From Botryllus schlosseri (lineage: Eukaryota): a stretch of DNA of 64,000 nt. Made by a program: the position numbers and the translations under genes. Each line of letters opens with the position of its first letter. Within the stretch, counting starts at the first letter, position 1. The stretch is taken from contig CM119372.1 in NCBI GenBank assembly GCA_051294905.1, forward strand, positions 14,758,001-14,822,000, in the 5' to 3' direction. The notes below the pieces were generated by a model. The model was not told the origin of the DNA. It worked only from the letters and a program-made list of their open reading frames with translations, and ran no database searches. Positions 23,398 through 35,143 of the stretch are shown here, piece by piece.

Positions 23398-23612
23398 TAA
23401 TCATACAGCAATAAAAGTCATGGGATATATGCCTACAGCCGAAAATACCGATTATGTTTGCCTGACTAGATGTTATCGCTTTACAACGCGAAGTGTCGCG
23501 CTACATGTTTTTAATTTGATTTGTGATCTATGACTAGTATGGTCTGGTAGTCTCAAAGATGCATATTGATGGTGCGCGAACATGTTTGCGATCTTTGTCT
23601 ATTCGAATTCAG

Positions 23613-23825
23613 AAAGGCGCCGTCTTGATGGACGGCAAAAACGTGAAGGACTTGAGCGTCAAATGGCTTCGCGACCAAATCGGCGTGGTTGCCCAAGAAC
23701 CCATTCTTTTTCACACGACCATCGGAGAGAACATTAGATGGGGCCGCGACGGTGTCAACGAGAACGACATAATCAGTGCCGCGAAAAAAGCGAACGCCTA
23801 TGATTTTATCGTCGAACTACCCAAG
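23613..23825 (+). CDS. ABCB exon encoding NBD1 Q-loop region (KGAVLMDG...VVAQEPILF...ANAYDFIVELPK)
   Basis: Inside ORF 23559..23888; AG/GT bounded; continues in phase from exon 4265-4381. Confidence 0.9.
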
Positions 23826-23946
23826 GTATTCGATATATATCGCAAAACCGTCACTAACCACTCACTGTCGAATTTACGCCCTAGCTAGACGCCGCCTGTT
23901 ACTCATGATACATTTTGTGTATCTGCTTTCAAACCGTCTAATTGGG

Positions 23947-24110
23947 GGTGGCGATATAGCGTATTGGTATAATCCACAGCTGCAACACCAATGCGTTGCG
24001 GGTTCGAGTCCGACCGAGGTCGACTCCAGAATTCCTACTTAAGTGCGGCTAGGTTCCTTGCAATCTCATCCGTGCAAGCGGTGTCATATAAAAGCCTAGA
24101 AGTGGGCCGC
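23947..24110 (+). mobile_element. tRNA-derived SINE-like sequence (degenerate)
   Basis: A-box-like TAGCGTATTGGT and B-box GGTTCGAGTCC followed by GAGGTCGACTC; no clean cloverleaf. Confidence 0.45.
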
Positions 24111-25345
24111 GCCACAAGTCGTCGTCTACGGAATAAAAATGAAGAAAATTGGCTCGGTTTTAAAAAGTTAAATGATCATAGTAGTCGACAAAACAACATG
24201 AATACCATAAACAACCCGTCCAACTGCTTGTTCAATCAGTATTTACGGTACATGTCGTTTCTTTGCAATGATTTCGAATTTTTCGGAGGTTGCCGTATTT
24301 CTATATAAATTAGTGTACGTACAGCTACAGAACTATCATCGCCACTACAATCGGCAAGGACCTTCTCTTCACGTGCATAAGTTTAAAATCGCCATGGGCA
24401 ACGGACATGAGAATGTACAGAAATTTGGCAACAATAAGGGATTTACAACTTTCTACCAAGAGAATGTTAAGTCAGTAAAAAGGTATATTTCATGCGATTT
24501 CCCTAGGGCGCGAAAATGAAGCCTTATCGCGCATTATGCAATAACTGCACATTAACAATAAACTCAACTCAATCGCCAACGACATCCCCACTAAGCATAT
24601 CCACATATAGAAACCAGAAATAATTGTGTGACGCGAACCAGAAAGCTGCAGTAGGAAATAAGTGACTCCGCACTTACGGAGAAAAATTTAACAAAAATAT
24701 TGGACGCGTTATTACAAAATCCCGGTACATTTCGGCATTTAAATTGACGCCGGTTCTCGAATCGCTGATCTAGTACGAAGCCAATTATATAGGAGAAACG
24801 AATCACACAACGCCGCGCACTTGAATCGAAGTCAATTTCTGCAGAAGTTCGACACTCTTGTCGGGGAAAGCGGGGGCCAGCTGAGCGGCGGACAAAAACA
24901 GCGCATTGCGATAGCCAGAGTAATCGTACGCGACCCTAGCATTCTGTTGCTCGACGAAGCAACTTCTGCGTTAGACACGGAGAGCGAATCCGTCGTACAG
25001 GCCGCTTTAGATAAAGCCTCGGACGGTAATTAATTTTGTGGTGGCAATCTGTAAAATATATGATGAAGCAATTCGAATATTAGGGCGCACGACAGTGGTG
25101 ATCGCACACAGACTGTCGACGATCCGAAACGCGCCGACAAAATCGTGGCTTTCCACGAGGGAAAGGTGGTGGAGGAAGGAACCCACGAGGTCCTGTTGAA
25201 ACTGGTGAATGGAGTGTACGCGAACTTGGTTAACATGCAGACTGTCAAAGTGGGGGAATCGCATCTGGAACAAGAAAAAGGCTCTAGTGGTCAGTTGCGA
25301 CGGCACGTATCGAATATTTTAATCCCCCAAGCTATTCTACTAGAA

Positions 25346-26851
25346 CAGTGGTTCCCAACCTTTTTCCACCCACCTACCATTTCTATGTTTTATGCAGTGC
25401 TGGCGTACCACCTACAAGTTTCGCGCGCCGAAGGCGGTCAAAAATGTTCCCACCATCTATATGACGTCATAAGCATGTATTTGACCTATGCGAGGTGTAA
25501 TAACAAATTCTATCAAACTAGGCATTATCAGTCAGGGCTGATGAGATGCATGGAATTGTTTTTTCACCACCAGTCACAACAAGAACAACAAAATGAATTA
25601 ACAACGAACAACAGAAGTCAATTTATTTAATGCGATGGCTGCATTTGTTTATTTTCCACTAGCTCAGGGGCGGTCAACCTTTTCGACCAAAGGGCCACAT
25701 GAGATCATGCGAACCATTGTCAGACCACTTGAATGTTGATGACCTTTTTTAGCCACCCGATAGGAGCGAACCGGATTATGGGTAATGATAAAAACAAGAA
25801 TTATATCGATAACAATTATGCCATGAAAAGTCAGTGTGCATAGTGCTCTCGTGACGTGACCGCGCCATGCGCGAAAATTTTTCAAAGTTGGTGAGTGAGT
25901 TCGTCCAATACTAATGTCACGCGCATATATTGCGGATCACCTCTGTCTACCACTGGACTCACTTGGCGAACACAGGATTATTCGGACATAATAATATCGA
26001 CGATTTCGGTGAACATGCGTTTATCATTTTGTGCCAACGTTTCATCGCCGATCAACTTCATCTACATCATCATCTCTGCGAGTGCAGACGCGAAGACGGA
26101 TGTTGGACGGCACGCTCTCTCATAATTGCCAATATAGTCAATTAAGTAGATTGGGCGTATTTTTATATTCAGGAAGGACTACAAAAAGCAAGAAATTGAG
26201 TGACAATAAATCGCGCGAAGTGTTAAGAAAAATATCAAGCCAAATAAATCTACAACGAAATATTGTACTTTGTGGTCATATTGGGAGATGTACGAAAAAT
26301 TTTGCTGGCTCCTGGCTACGCCAATGCGTCGGAACTGGTGTTTAAGTCATCAACTTCCCAGATTTTGGGGTCAGACTAATCAAGTTTTTGGTTGGTCTTG
26401 GAAGTTCACAGTAAATTACCTGAGAAATTTGTTATTTGATATTATAACTAATTTCGGGAATCATCTCGCGGGCTACATTTGACCCGCGGCGCGGGCCACG
26501 GGTTAGCCACCCCTGCACTAGCTGGACGATGCGTGGCATACGTTTGCTCACAGCGTATCCAAAGTCATGCATGGGCGCAACAAGTCGGTTTCGTTTCTTC
26601 GACTTGATAGTTATCAGGGATGAAAATCCTTGCTCGCACTTTCACGTAGAAGGGAAAATTACCAGCTGGGGAATAGCGTGAGAAGCTAGCGTCGAATACG
26701 AGGAGGCGATGCTACAAAAAACTCAAAATCAACGCCACCTGAACTAATAACTCACTTTGGTTGAAAAAAAAAAACAGAATCCACTCGCGTACCACCTGGA
26801 AGACCTTCGCGTACCACTGGTGGTACGCGTACCACAGGTTGGGAACCACTG
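25346..26851. mobile_element. Non-autonomous hAT element containing a nested hAT MITE
   Basis: TIR CAGTGGTTCCCAACCT/AGGTTGGGAACCACTG; TSD TACTAGAA on both sides. Confidence 0.85.
25665..26515. mobile_element. Nested hAT MITE (same family as 36092-36942)
   Basis: CAGGGG...CCCCTG ends; TSD CACTAGCT; internal similarity to 36092-36942. Confidence 0.85.
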
Positions 26852-26933
26852 TACTAGAACTATATGTTACGAAATATTCTAGGCCGATATTGATATTGTT
26901 TGAAATCTGGAATGGATGCACACATGTTATAAC

Positions 26934-27771
26934 TAGGGAATGTTTTTGTTGCTCTAAAATCGCGAGAAAGTTGCATTTAATTTTAACAAAAGTTGCAGTA
27001 AAAAGTTGCATTTATAATTTTTGTTGTTGTATAACCTAGTTCCTGCAGAGATGTCAAATTTGTTACTTCGCCATTTGATGGTCTGACGAAATCGACAAAA
27101 ATTACATTTCTTTCCGGCACACAGCAAGAAAATTACGCAATGCGGGAATAATTCCTCCCCCCAAAGCCAAACAGCATAGCGATAACCACCTCCCCCTAAA
27201 ACATGTAGAATATCACACCCCGAACCTCCTAGGTCTGCAAACTTGACCCAAGGCATTACAGAAGAACTCACTCTTGGTGACTTTAATAAAATCAATAGCC
27301 TGAAAAGGGGGACTCGGTAAAAATGTAATTTTCGGCGGTCTCGCCTGGGCGTTCGTGAAATGGGAAACTATTTCAAATTTAAACAACAGAATAAATAAAG
27401 CAATCTATTTACATTTTATTCGAGCACCGTCATGCTTTGCAGGGGAAGTTGAACTTCTCTCCATTGTGTCATAGATAACAGTGATATGCAGCTAACCATT
27501 CATATAGTTTTTTTTTATGCAAATCGAAGAGAGTAGAACCTTACTAGAAATAGTTTATAGCATATTTTTAAATCACTCCTTTACATTTTTACGCAATATT
27601 TGATTTAACTTGCAGTAAAAAATGGCTATGAAAAACAGAGAAAAACTGCAAAAAGTTGCACTATAAAATCCCTCCAAACAGCTTAAAACATCATAGTACA
27701 TAGATTTTCAGTATATACGAAGCTGTGGGAAGCTGTAAAAAAAGTTGCAAAAGTTGCAAAAACTTGCCCTA
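26934..27771. mobile_element. hAT-type MITE with AAAGTTGCA repeats
   Basis: Imperfect TIR TAGGGAATGTTTTTG/CAAAAACTTGCCCTA; 8-bp TSD GTTATAAC. Confidence 0.75.
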
Positions 27772-29505
27772 GTTATAACTATATCGTATTGGTCCTGTGT
27801 AAGTGTATGGGCCAAATATGGGCTTTTGCATATGGTGAAAAACTTATTCCTATCTTATTTCAGAAAAGAAAACCTACGGGCTGTCGTCACATTTCGTCCA
27901 GAGCAGCTCCACCAAAAGAAGATCGCGAGATCCGAAATCTTCGACATTAAATGAATTCGGCGGCCGTAATATGGTGACAAGACTCATGCTAAAGGACTTA
28001 CAACCAGCACGATATTAATATCCAAATGAATATTACGAAGACAATCCTAAATTATCGATTTTTATTCCAATATCCTCTAGGTGGTACAACTGAAATATTT
28101 TGATCGCTGACGGCTTCAAATTCCTATAGCGATTTCAATTCCGCGTTAGACGTTCAATATAGTTTTTATCTACTCTAGACATCAAGGTCTTCATTGGACA
28201 CACTCAGTCAAATGACATTCGGTAATATTTCGTCTAGGGTGATGCGGACTATGAGGACGAGGAGGAGGACGAGATAAAAAACCTTCCGGATGCTCCTTTC
28301 AAACGGATACTAGCGCTGAATAAACCGGAAGCTGTCTATATCGTATGTAAGTAAAATGGAAACTAGCGTCGTTGTGAGTCACATTTGGTGAATATATGAT
28401 TTGACTCGAGTCATTTTCTTGAATATGAATGGATGAATCGTGGCTTAGGACTGTGACTTTAAGTCGACCTCTAATATTTCGGTCTTGACTCGATGACAAA
28501 ATGAAAGTGACTCGAATTGACTAGACTCAAAAGTTGAGAATCAGAGAATGGCTTGTGACTCGTAACTTTATGACTTGGTGACATCTGACAACTATGGTGG
28601 AACTTATGATAGTTTTTAATGATTTTGAATAAAAAGCGATTACATGAATACATTTTAGTTGGATGCCTTTTTGCCGCTGTGGCCGGCTCCGTCGACCCTC
28701 TCAGTTGGATTTTGTTCACCTCCATTTTTACTATCTTCACGGAGGGTGACCCGGCCGAACAGAGCCGATTGGCCAGCCTGTATGCGGGACTGTTTGTTGT
28801 CTTGGGAGTGATAGCATTGTTCAGTAACATTTTGGAGGTAGGTTGTAGCAGAATCCTTGTTTTAAAATACTAGTTGTGGGATCTTGAAACTTGACATACG
28901 AATGTATTTCATTAGGCTGCCTTGTTCTCGAAATCGGGAATGGAACTAACGACCCGCATGAGGCAAATGTCGTTCAGGGCCATGCTTCGACAGGACATGA
29001 CTTACTTTGACCATCACAGGCATAGCACTGGTGCTTTGTGCAGTAGATTGGCTACGGACTCTGCTGGGGTGCAAGGATGTACCGGCGTGCTGATAGGCAA
29101 GCTAATGAAAAATTTTAGCGCTCTCGGTAAGCGCGGTGGGAAGTGTTAGTCTTGTTGAATAATTCGTTTTACTCATCCACGTAACGTTATTCCTGGAAGG
29201 TGTTACGCTAGGAATATCCTTCTCGTACAGTTGGGAACTAACGCTGTGTACACTTGCGTTTCTACCGTTACTCGCGATTAACGGCTTTCTGACGATGACT
29301 CTCTTGGTGGGACAGACGGAACAAGAAAAGTCTTCTTACGAGGAAGCTAGTAAGTCATTTCTTTCTCTGTTGCATTGACCAGCTGTATGATGCTTGATGC
29401 TCCTAAAATGAATTGTTAGGCCTCAATGAAGCGACATTATGTAGTTATAGCTCACTATCACAATGTTGTATTTTCTGCCGATGCAGATAGGATACACATC
29501 TTGGA

Positions 29506-30280
29506 TAGGGTTGCCATACGTCCGGAATTTCCCGGACATGTCCGGAATTTCACTGAAAAAACTGCGTCCGAGAGGAATTTCTAAAATATGCCTAAATGTC
29601 CGGAATTTTGAAGGCTTGAAGTAAACCCATCATTTTTTCGTAAATCGACCTAAACAATATTATTTTTTGGCCGATTTATGCTAAAAGAAATTTTTCTCCG
29701 CGCTGCGCGCGATTTAGGAGCACATATATAGGTTTTATTATGGGGACTACCACCCTCGCAAAAACTGCAATCAAAATGAAATAGAAATAACATTCATTTC
29801 CAAAAATAAGTCTGATTGTAATCCCAATTACAAAATAACGGTATATTCATAGAGGTAGTTTAGGCCGTTTGGATGCTTATTCAACGATGGTGGTTCTAAA
29901 CCTGGGGGTAGTTCACCTTTATAAAATTATATAGTAATGTATGGAATAACTAATATTATTGATATAATTCATTCAAATCATTTACCGACCAGATTCATAT
30001 AGTAAGTCCCCAGAAGTTGCACCGATTACCCTACGGTTGGCCCAAGATCAGTGTTCATCGAGACGGGAAGGGGATGAACAAATGTGGCTTCAGCCCTGGT
30101 TAAAACATACAACACGCAACCAGATACTCCTGAACCGGATCGTGACCACCTCTAGTCGTTAGACAAGGCTATGCTGGTGTGACGTCATATTGATCGACAA
30201 TGTGTTCATACCTCTTTTTGAAATCCGCTAGTGGGCGCTGAAGAGCGTCCGGCATTGGTGCCGCAAAATATGGTAGGATA
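29506..30280. mobile_element. MITE beginning TAGGGTTGCCATACGTCCGG; inverted copy at ~57019-58160
   Basis: Long reverse-complement similarity between the two loci, including TGTCCGG subterminal repeats. Confidence 0.75.
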
Positions 30281-30384
30281 AGTTGATGAATGTGATCATG
30301 TCCCATATCTACATAGGAGGGTTTGTATACCAGGGGTCATCAAAGCGGGTATACCGGGTCTCCCCTAAGGACCAAGTCAGTCGC

Positions 30385-30611
30385 CTTTGGTGGCAGTAGA
30401 AAATATTCAATTGAGGGCTTTGAAGGTCGAAGTGGAGAAGAGTTCCATGTGAACAACAGTTGCACATGGGTCAGTAGACTCTAAGGAACACGTGAACGCA
30501 GTTTTCGATCAGGGTGCGTTACTCGTATTCGTCCCTGCGGAGCACGAAATAGAATCTTATTTAATATTCCCTAGCGTCGACGTAGAAATTGGCGCTTCAG
30601 CGCCCAGCGCG
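30385..30611 (+). rRNA. Isolated, diverged 28S (LSU) rRNA fragment (rDNA pseudogene) in an ABCB intron
   Basis: TTGGTGGCAGTAGAAAATATTCAA...TTTGAAGGTCGAAGTGGAGAAGAGTTCCATGTGAACAACAGTTGCACATGGGTCAGT closely resembles a conserved eukaryotic LSU core segment; the TTAATATTCCC motif follows. Confidence 0.8.
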
Positions 30612-31551
30612 TATTTAGCCTATTGTTATCGCGTTTGACGGACCAGTCTTGTTATTTTTAGTATCGCAGAAGTCTAATGGCGCTTATCACCTCAGCGCCA
30701 CGGTTTGTAAATACTATCTGTTAACATCACAAAAATACTCTGGATTACTCCCGTTGCATTAGTTAGTATGTACGCGAATCTGATTAAATTAATGTCTTGT
30801 GCGCACAGGCAAAATCGCTACCGAAGCTGTCATCAACATAAGAACTATCGCTTCGTTGAGCAAAGAAGAAACGATATTTTCAATGTACCGGGAAAATCTC
30901 AGAGTTACCACACAGTACGTAACTAGATGGTGATGCGTTTGAATAGCTCTAGGATAAACGCCCTTACTTTCACCGCAGAAACGCGAGCAAGAGGGCCGTC
31001 TTCATCGGACTCAGTTACGGGTTTTCACAATGCGTGATCTACTTTGCGTACGCCTGCGTCTTGCGTTTGGGCCTGTACCTGGTGGAGTTTCAAGTCGTAG
31101 GCTTCCAAGATATCTTCATGTAAGCGTCGGTTGATGATTGTCGGTTTGATGATTAAATCTAATGATGTCCATTTGCCCAGTATACGTTCCCGAGTTATTT
31201 ATTTGTACATTCACTTTTGCGCTTATATACTCTGTAAAGTATCACAAGCATAAAATAAATTTTAATCTCGGGTTTTGTTTATAACCACTAACCACCACTC
31301 ACCGAATTCACCTTCAAATTAGAGTTAGGACCAAATGTCGACTAGCAACTTCGGTTACAGGCGGGATCAGAATGTCTGATTTCATGTGAACCGGATAAGG
31401 AAACAATGGAAAACTGTCACTATCACATTTTCAAATCAATTTTTTTTTTGCTTTGCTATGTTACATTATCCCGCCGCCAAATTTTCCGGACATTGTTGCC
31501 TAATGTATATTCATTCTGACTCCGGCACGATTAGTCACTATAGCGTAATAC

Positions 31552-32392
31552 TAGGGGGTGTCAAACATCCGGCCCGCGAAGCAATTCTCAGTCGATTGAA
31601 AAATGGTTGTATTATCCAGCATATTTCCAACTGATGCTGAGATTTTTGTAAGAAATACTTCCATGATAAATTTTATGTATCTTCATTTAAGTCACATTAC
31701 AACCGTATGGCCACGGTGTTGTGGTTTCTGTCTAGTTAGCATTGGACGCAGATCGGTGGCATGGACACTCGATTCCGAGAAGGCAAAACAGTGCACACCG
31801 AGTTCAGAGTTTCATAGAAAAATGGTCGATACAGTATTTATTCACAGCAGTGAAAACGTGCGAAATCCTTATAATGGTTACAGAAAAATAGAATCAAATA
31901 TCGGTAGTCGCACTGCTATATCACCTCTGACTCAAAATATGCCGGCAGCCTCCAGATAAACCCAAATTGCGATTTAATGATTACGAACTGAATTTCAACG
32001 TCCGCAATACAGGTAAATCTCTTGTATTCCTCTCGCCCAATGCACAGCTATATCGCAAGATTACGTCTAAACTAAAGTGTGCATAGAAATATGCCAACGT
32101 GTATACAAACGTAGATCGTCGCTGAAGACACCGTTTCAGCGGTTGATAATCGCATGCAACAGGGCAATCGTCGTAATTTTTCGATTCCGTTGCTTGCGAA
32201 TAAAGGCCGAGCTAAAATAGCATCACCATGGCCCTTAATATAGTATAATGTAAAACTTGATCGTAAAGCATTGAAATGAAAACCAGGGCGTGGATTTTGA
32301 GGTAACGTATCGAATCATTTGACTGGTCCGGCCCGCGAGCGACCCGAAGGTTTGAATCCGGCCGGCGAAGCAAGTTAAGTTTAACACCCCTG
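31552..32392. mobile_element. hAT MITE (related to 46658-47053)
   Basis: TAGGGGGTGTCAAACATCCGGCCCGCG ... GTTTAACACCCCTG ends. Confidence 0.6.
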
Positions 32393-33413
32393 CGCGGTGA
32401 ATATGCCTTTACTAAATGTGAATTATCACAAGAGCAGAATATACTGCATTAACTAGAAATCGTGTTGTTTCATGTACGTGTGCTATCCAGATGCGGTTAT
32501 TCATGTTTTTCAACAGCGTGTTGACGGCCATCATCTTTGGCGCGGTGGCCATGTGCAATAATAGTTCATTCGCGCCGGATATCGCCGCAGCACAAGTCTC
32601 TGCTACCAGAATGCTCGCTCTCATCGACAGTAAACCAGTAATCAACGCGTACAGCGATGAAGGCCTGAAACCGGTGAGACACCAAGAAAATCCTAAAATG
32701 GTGGGATTTGACATCTATTCGATTCCGTTTTGCCAGGCCGGCTGCAAAGGATCGGTGGAATTCGATAAAGTCAAATTTTCCTACCCTACGCGCCGGGATT
32801 CCATAGTCTTGAAAGGGTGCGACTTCGAAGTGCCTACTGGCTCAACGTTGGCCTTGGTAGGACAGTCTGGGTGCGGAAAATCAGCGTCCATACAACTCAT
32901 CGAAAGGTTTTATGATGCGAAGGAAGGCAAAGTGGTACTATATGAATAATATTGTATGCATATGTATACGGTTGTGATACAACTGTATAACCATAAGTGA
33001 TGTTATGCGATATCAACAATTTTGTGCATTTTAGCTGCTGGACATATTCCAAATTATTATTACTATATGTCCTCAATGTAGGGCTAACAAATTAACAATT
33101 GCGATCGGATATGATTCTGTATTGTAGCTTATTTCATTCCGTTCGTTACGTTTATATTCCCCGATTTTATCGCAGAATTCCTTGTTTCCAGACCATTGAT
33201 AAAACGGACGTGAAATCGCTGAACGTGTCGTGGATGCGGCAACAAATGGGCGTCGTCAGTCAAATGCCTGTTCTTTTCGATCTGAGCCTCAAGGAGAATA
33301 TCTTGTAAGCGCTAGAAAAGGGGAATTGTAGAAGGCGTGTTTATACGGAGTAACGGGTCGATTTGATTGTTGTCATAATACCGAAATTTGCAGGACTCGG
33401 TGCGATAATTGCA

Positions 33414-33677
33414 GTGGTGCTCAGTAACGACGTACCATTACTTTTTGAAGTACTTGAAGTAGATTTTGCCTACTCACACTACTTTTCAAGTAATTATGAT
33501 TTTACACTTCTTCTACTTCTACTTGACAGTTTTCAGTTTTCTATGCAAAAATAAGCGTAAAATACCTACTTACTTACTACCTTGTGAACCACCACTCCTA
33601 CTTCTACTTGAGTAGAAATTCCGGCGTTACTTCTACTTCTACTTGAGTAGCGACGGTGACTACTTTGACCACCTCTG
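33414..33677. mobile_element. Short MITE with TACTTC/AGTAG repeats (family also at 42864-44152)
   Basis: CAGTGGTGCTCAGTAAC...TTGACCACCTCTG ends; shared repeats with 42864-44152. Confidence 0.6.
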
Positions 33678-34758
33678 GATAATTGACGTGAGACATGCGG
33701 CGTGGAAATGCTCGGAAATATCCCGCACTAACAATTCATGCTGATTTGTATCCGATCATGGATGGTACCTTGATGGCATCGTCTTCAAAAACAGCCGGTT
33801 CTGACTCCTCAATAGGAACTGATTGCATTTGTTTATGTTTCGGTTAGGTTGCGACCAAATCACTGGTTTGTGCGAGACATTTTCAATAGCGATGGTGTGA
33901 ACGTGAGGCTTACGTTTACGTTCGCTTTGTGAACCTTCGAAATTTGGAGGTTCGCGTTCGCAAACGAACCTTGGGACGTTTTACACTGTGAACCAGTTTT
34001 CACGTATTACAATTTTTCACGCCGTTATACAATCCTTGACTTAAATTATTTCCATTTAAAGTTCGGACCTCTGCATGGCGGTGTCAGTATGAAAATAAAT
34101 TCTGCACTAAACGATCATGCACCTTGCTTTTCTCCAAAATTATATTTGCTTTGTAAGAAAAGTTGGCTAGAAATATTCAGTTTTCCGTTTGTTAATATTC
34201 TAGTGTCTCTCTGCTGTGAACTCGACGCAACAAGAACTTGACCCAACAATAACAACTATGGATCAATGATAGACATTTGCTATAAAAAATCCATCGATTT
34301 CCCATGTAAAAAACATAGCAGGCGTACAGGATCCATATTCATGTTTATTGTATCATAAAAACCAAATCCATCCTATTGGGGTGTTGTCTACTGTATAACT
34401 TGTTTATGGGGTAGTATCTGTTGCAAGTACAGAAAGCGGTTGCACTCTGATCAATATCAATGTAGCGAAGGTTAGACGCCTTATGAATATTGTCCTGTCC
34501 AGCCTATAGTAAGCTTATATATATTCCCTTGCAAGTCCTCGCCGAAATTGATGACGAAGAGTAGTAAAATATTGATTTTATGGACTTATGATAGCATTCG
34601 AAAATATCATTTGATATATCTGATGACGATACTTATACTTCGGCACTATGGCATAATGTGGCCAGAGTCATCGCTAGAGGTAAATATACTACTTTAAAAA
34701 GCTTCTTGGAGGTACAGAACTTCAATATACATTTGATATATTGGAATGATATATATAT

Positions 34759-34984
34759 TATTGGAATGAACCCGAATATTTTCGGCTGAGACTGGTCAGG
34801 TTAATCGTCAACAACTAGTAGAGAATCGGAAAAACATTGTAGATCAACAATCGCATCAGAAAATATGACGAGTGGTGGTGGTGCTATTGTTGATATGCAA
34901 TGTTTTTTCCAATTCTCTACTAGTTGCTGATAACCCCTGTCGACGACGACTGTCAGCCGAAAATATTCGGGTTCATTCAATATA
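34759..34984. mobile_element. Fully palindromic ~225-bp MITE
   Basis: GAATGAACCCGAATATTTTCGGCTGA vs TCAGCCGAAAATATTCGGGTTCATTC, plus inner CAACTAGTAGAGAAT/ATTCTCTACTAGTTG. Confidence 0.75.
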
Positions 34985-35143
34985 AATATTAAATATACTA
35001 TTCAATTGTGTATTACTTTACACAGAAATGTAGAGTTTAGCAATATGACGTCACGTGACGTCATAGTCTCGTGTTCACGTTCACATAGAGCCTTTCGAAA
35101 GGGTTCACGTTCACACGAACCAGAACCTTTCAGGGGTTAACAC

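Noticed and set aside
23947..24030. Functional tRNA gene
   Set aside because: A- and B-box-like motifs are present but I could not form acceptor and anticodon stems; better explained as a SINE head
33299..33308. Premature stop in ABCB (ENIL*)
   Set aside because: The TAA lies within the GTAAGC splice donor at 33305; the frame resumes correctly at 39441
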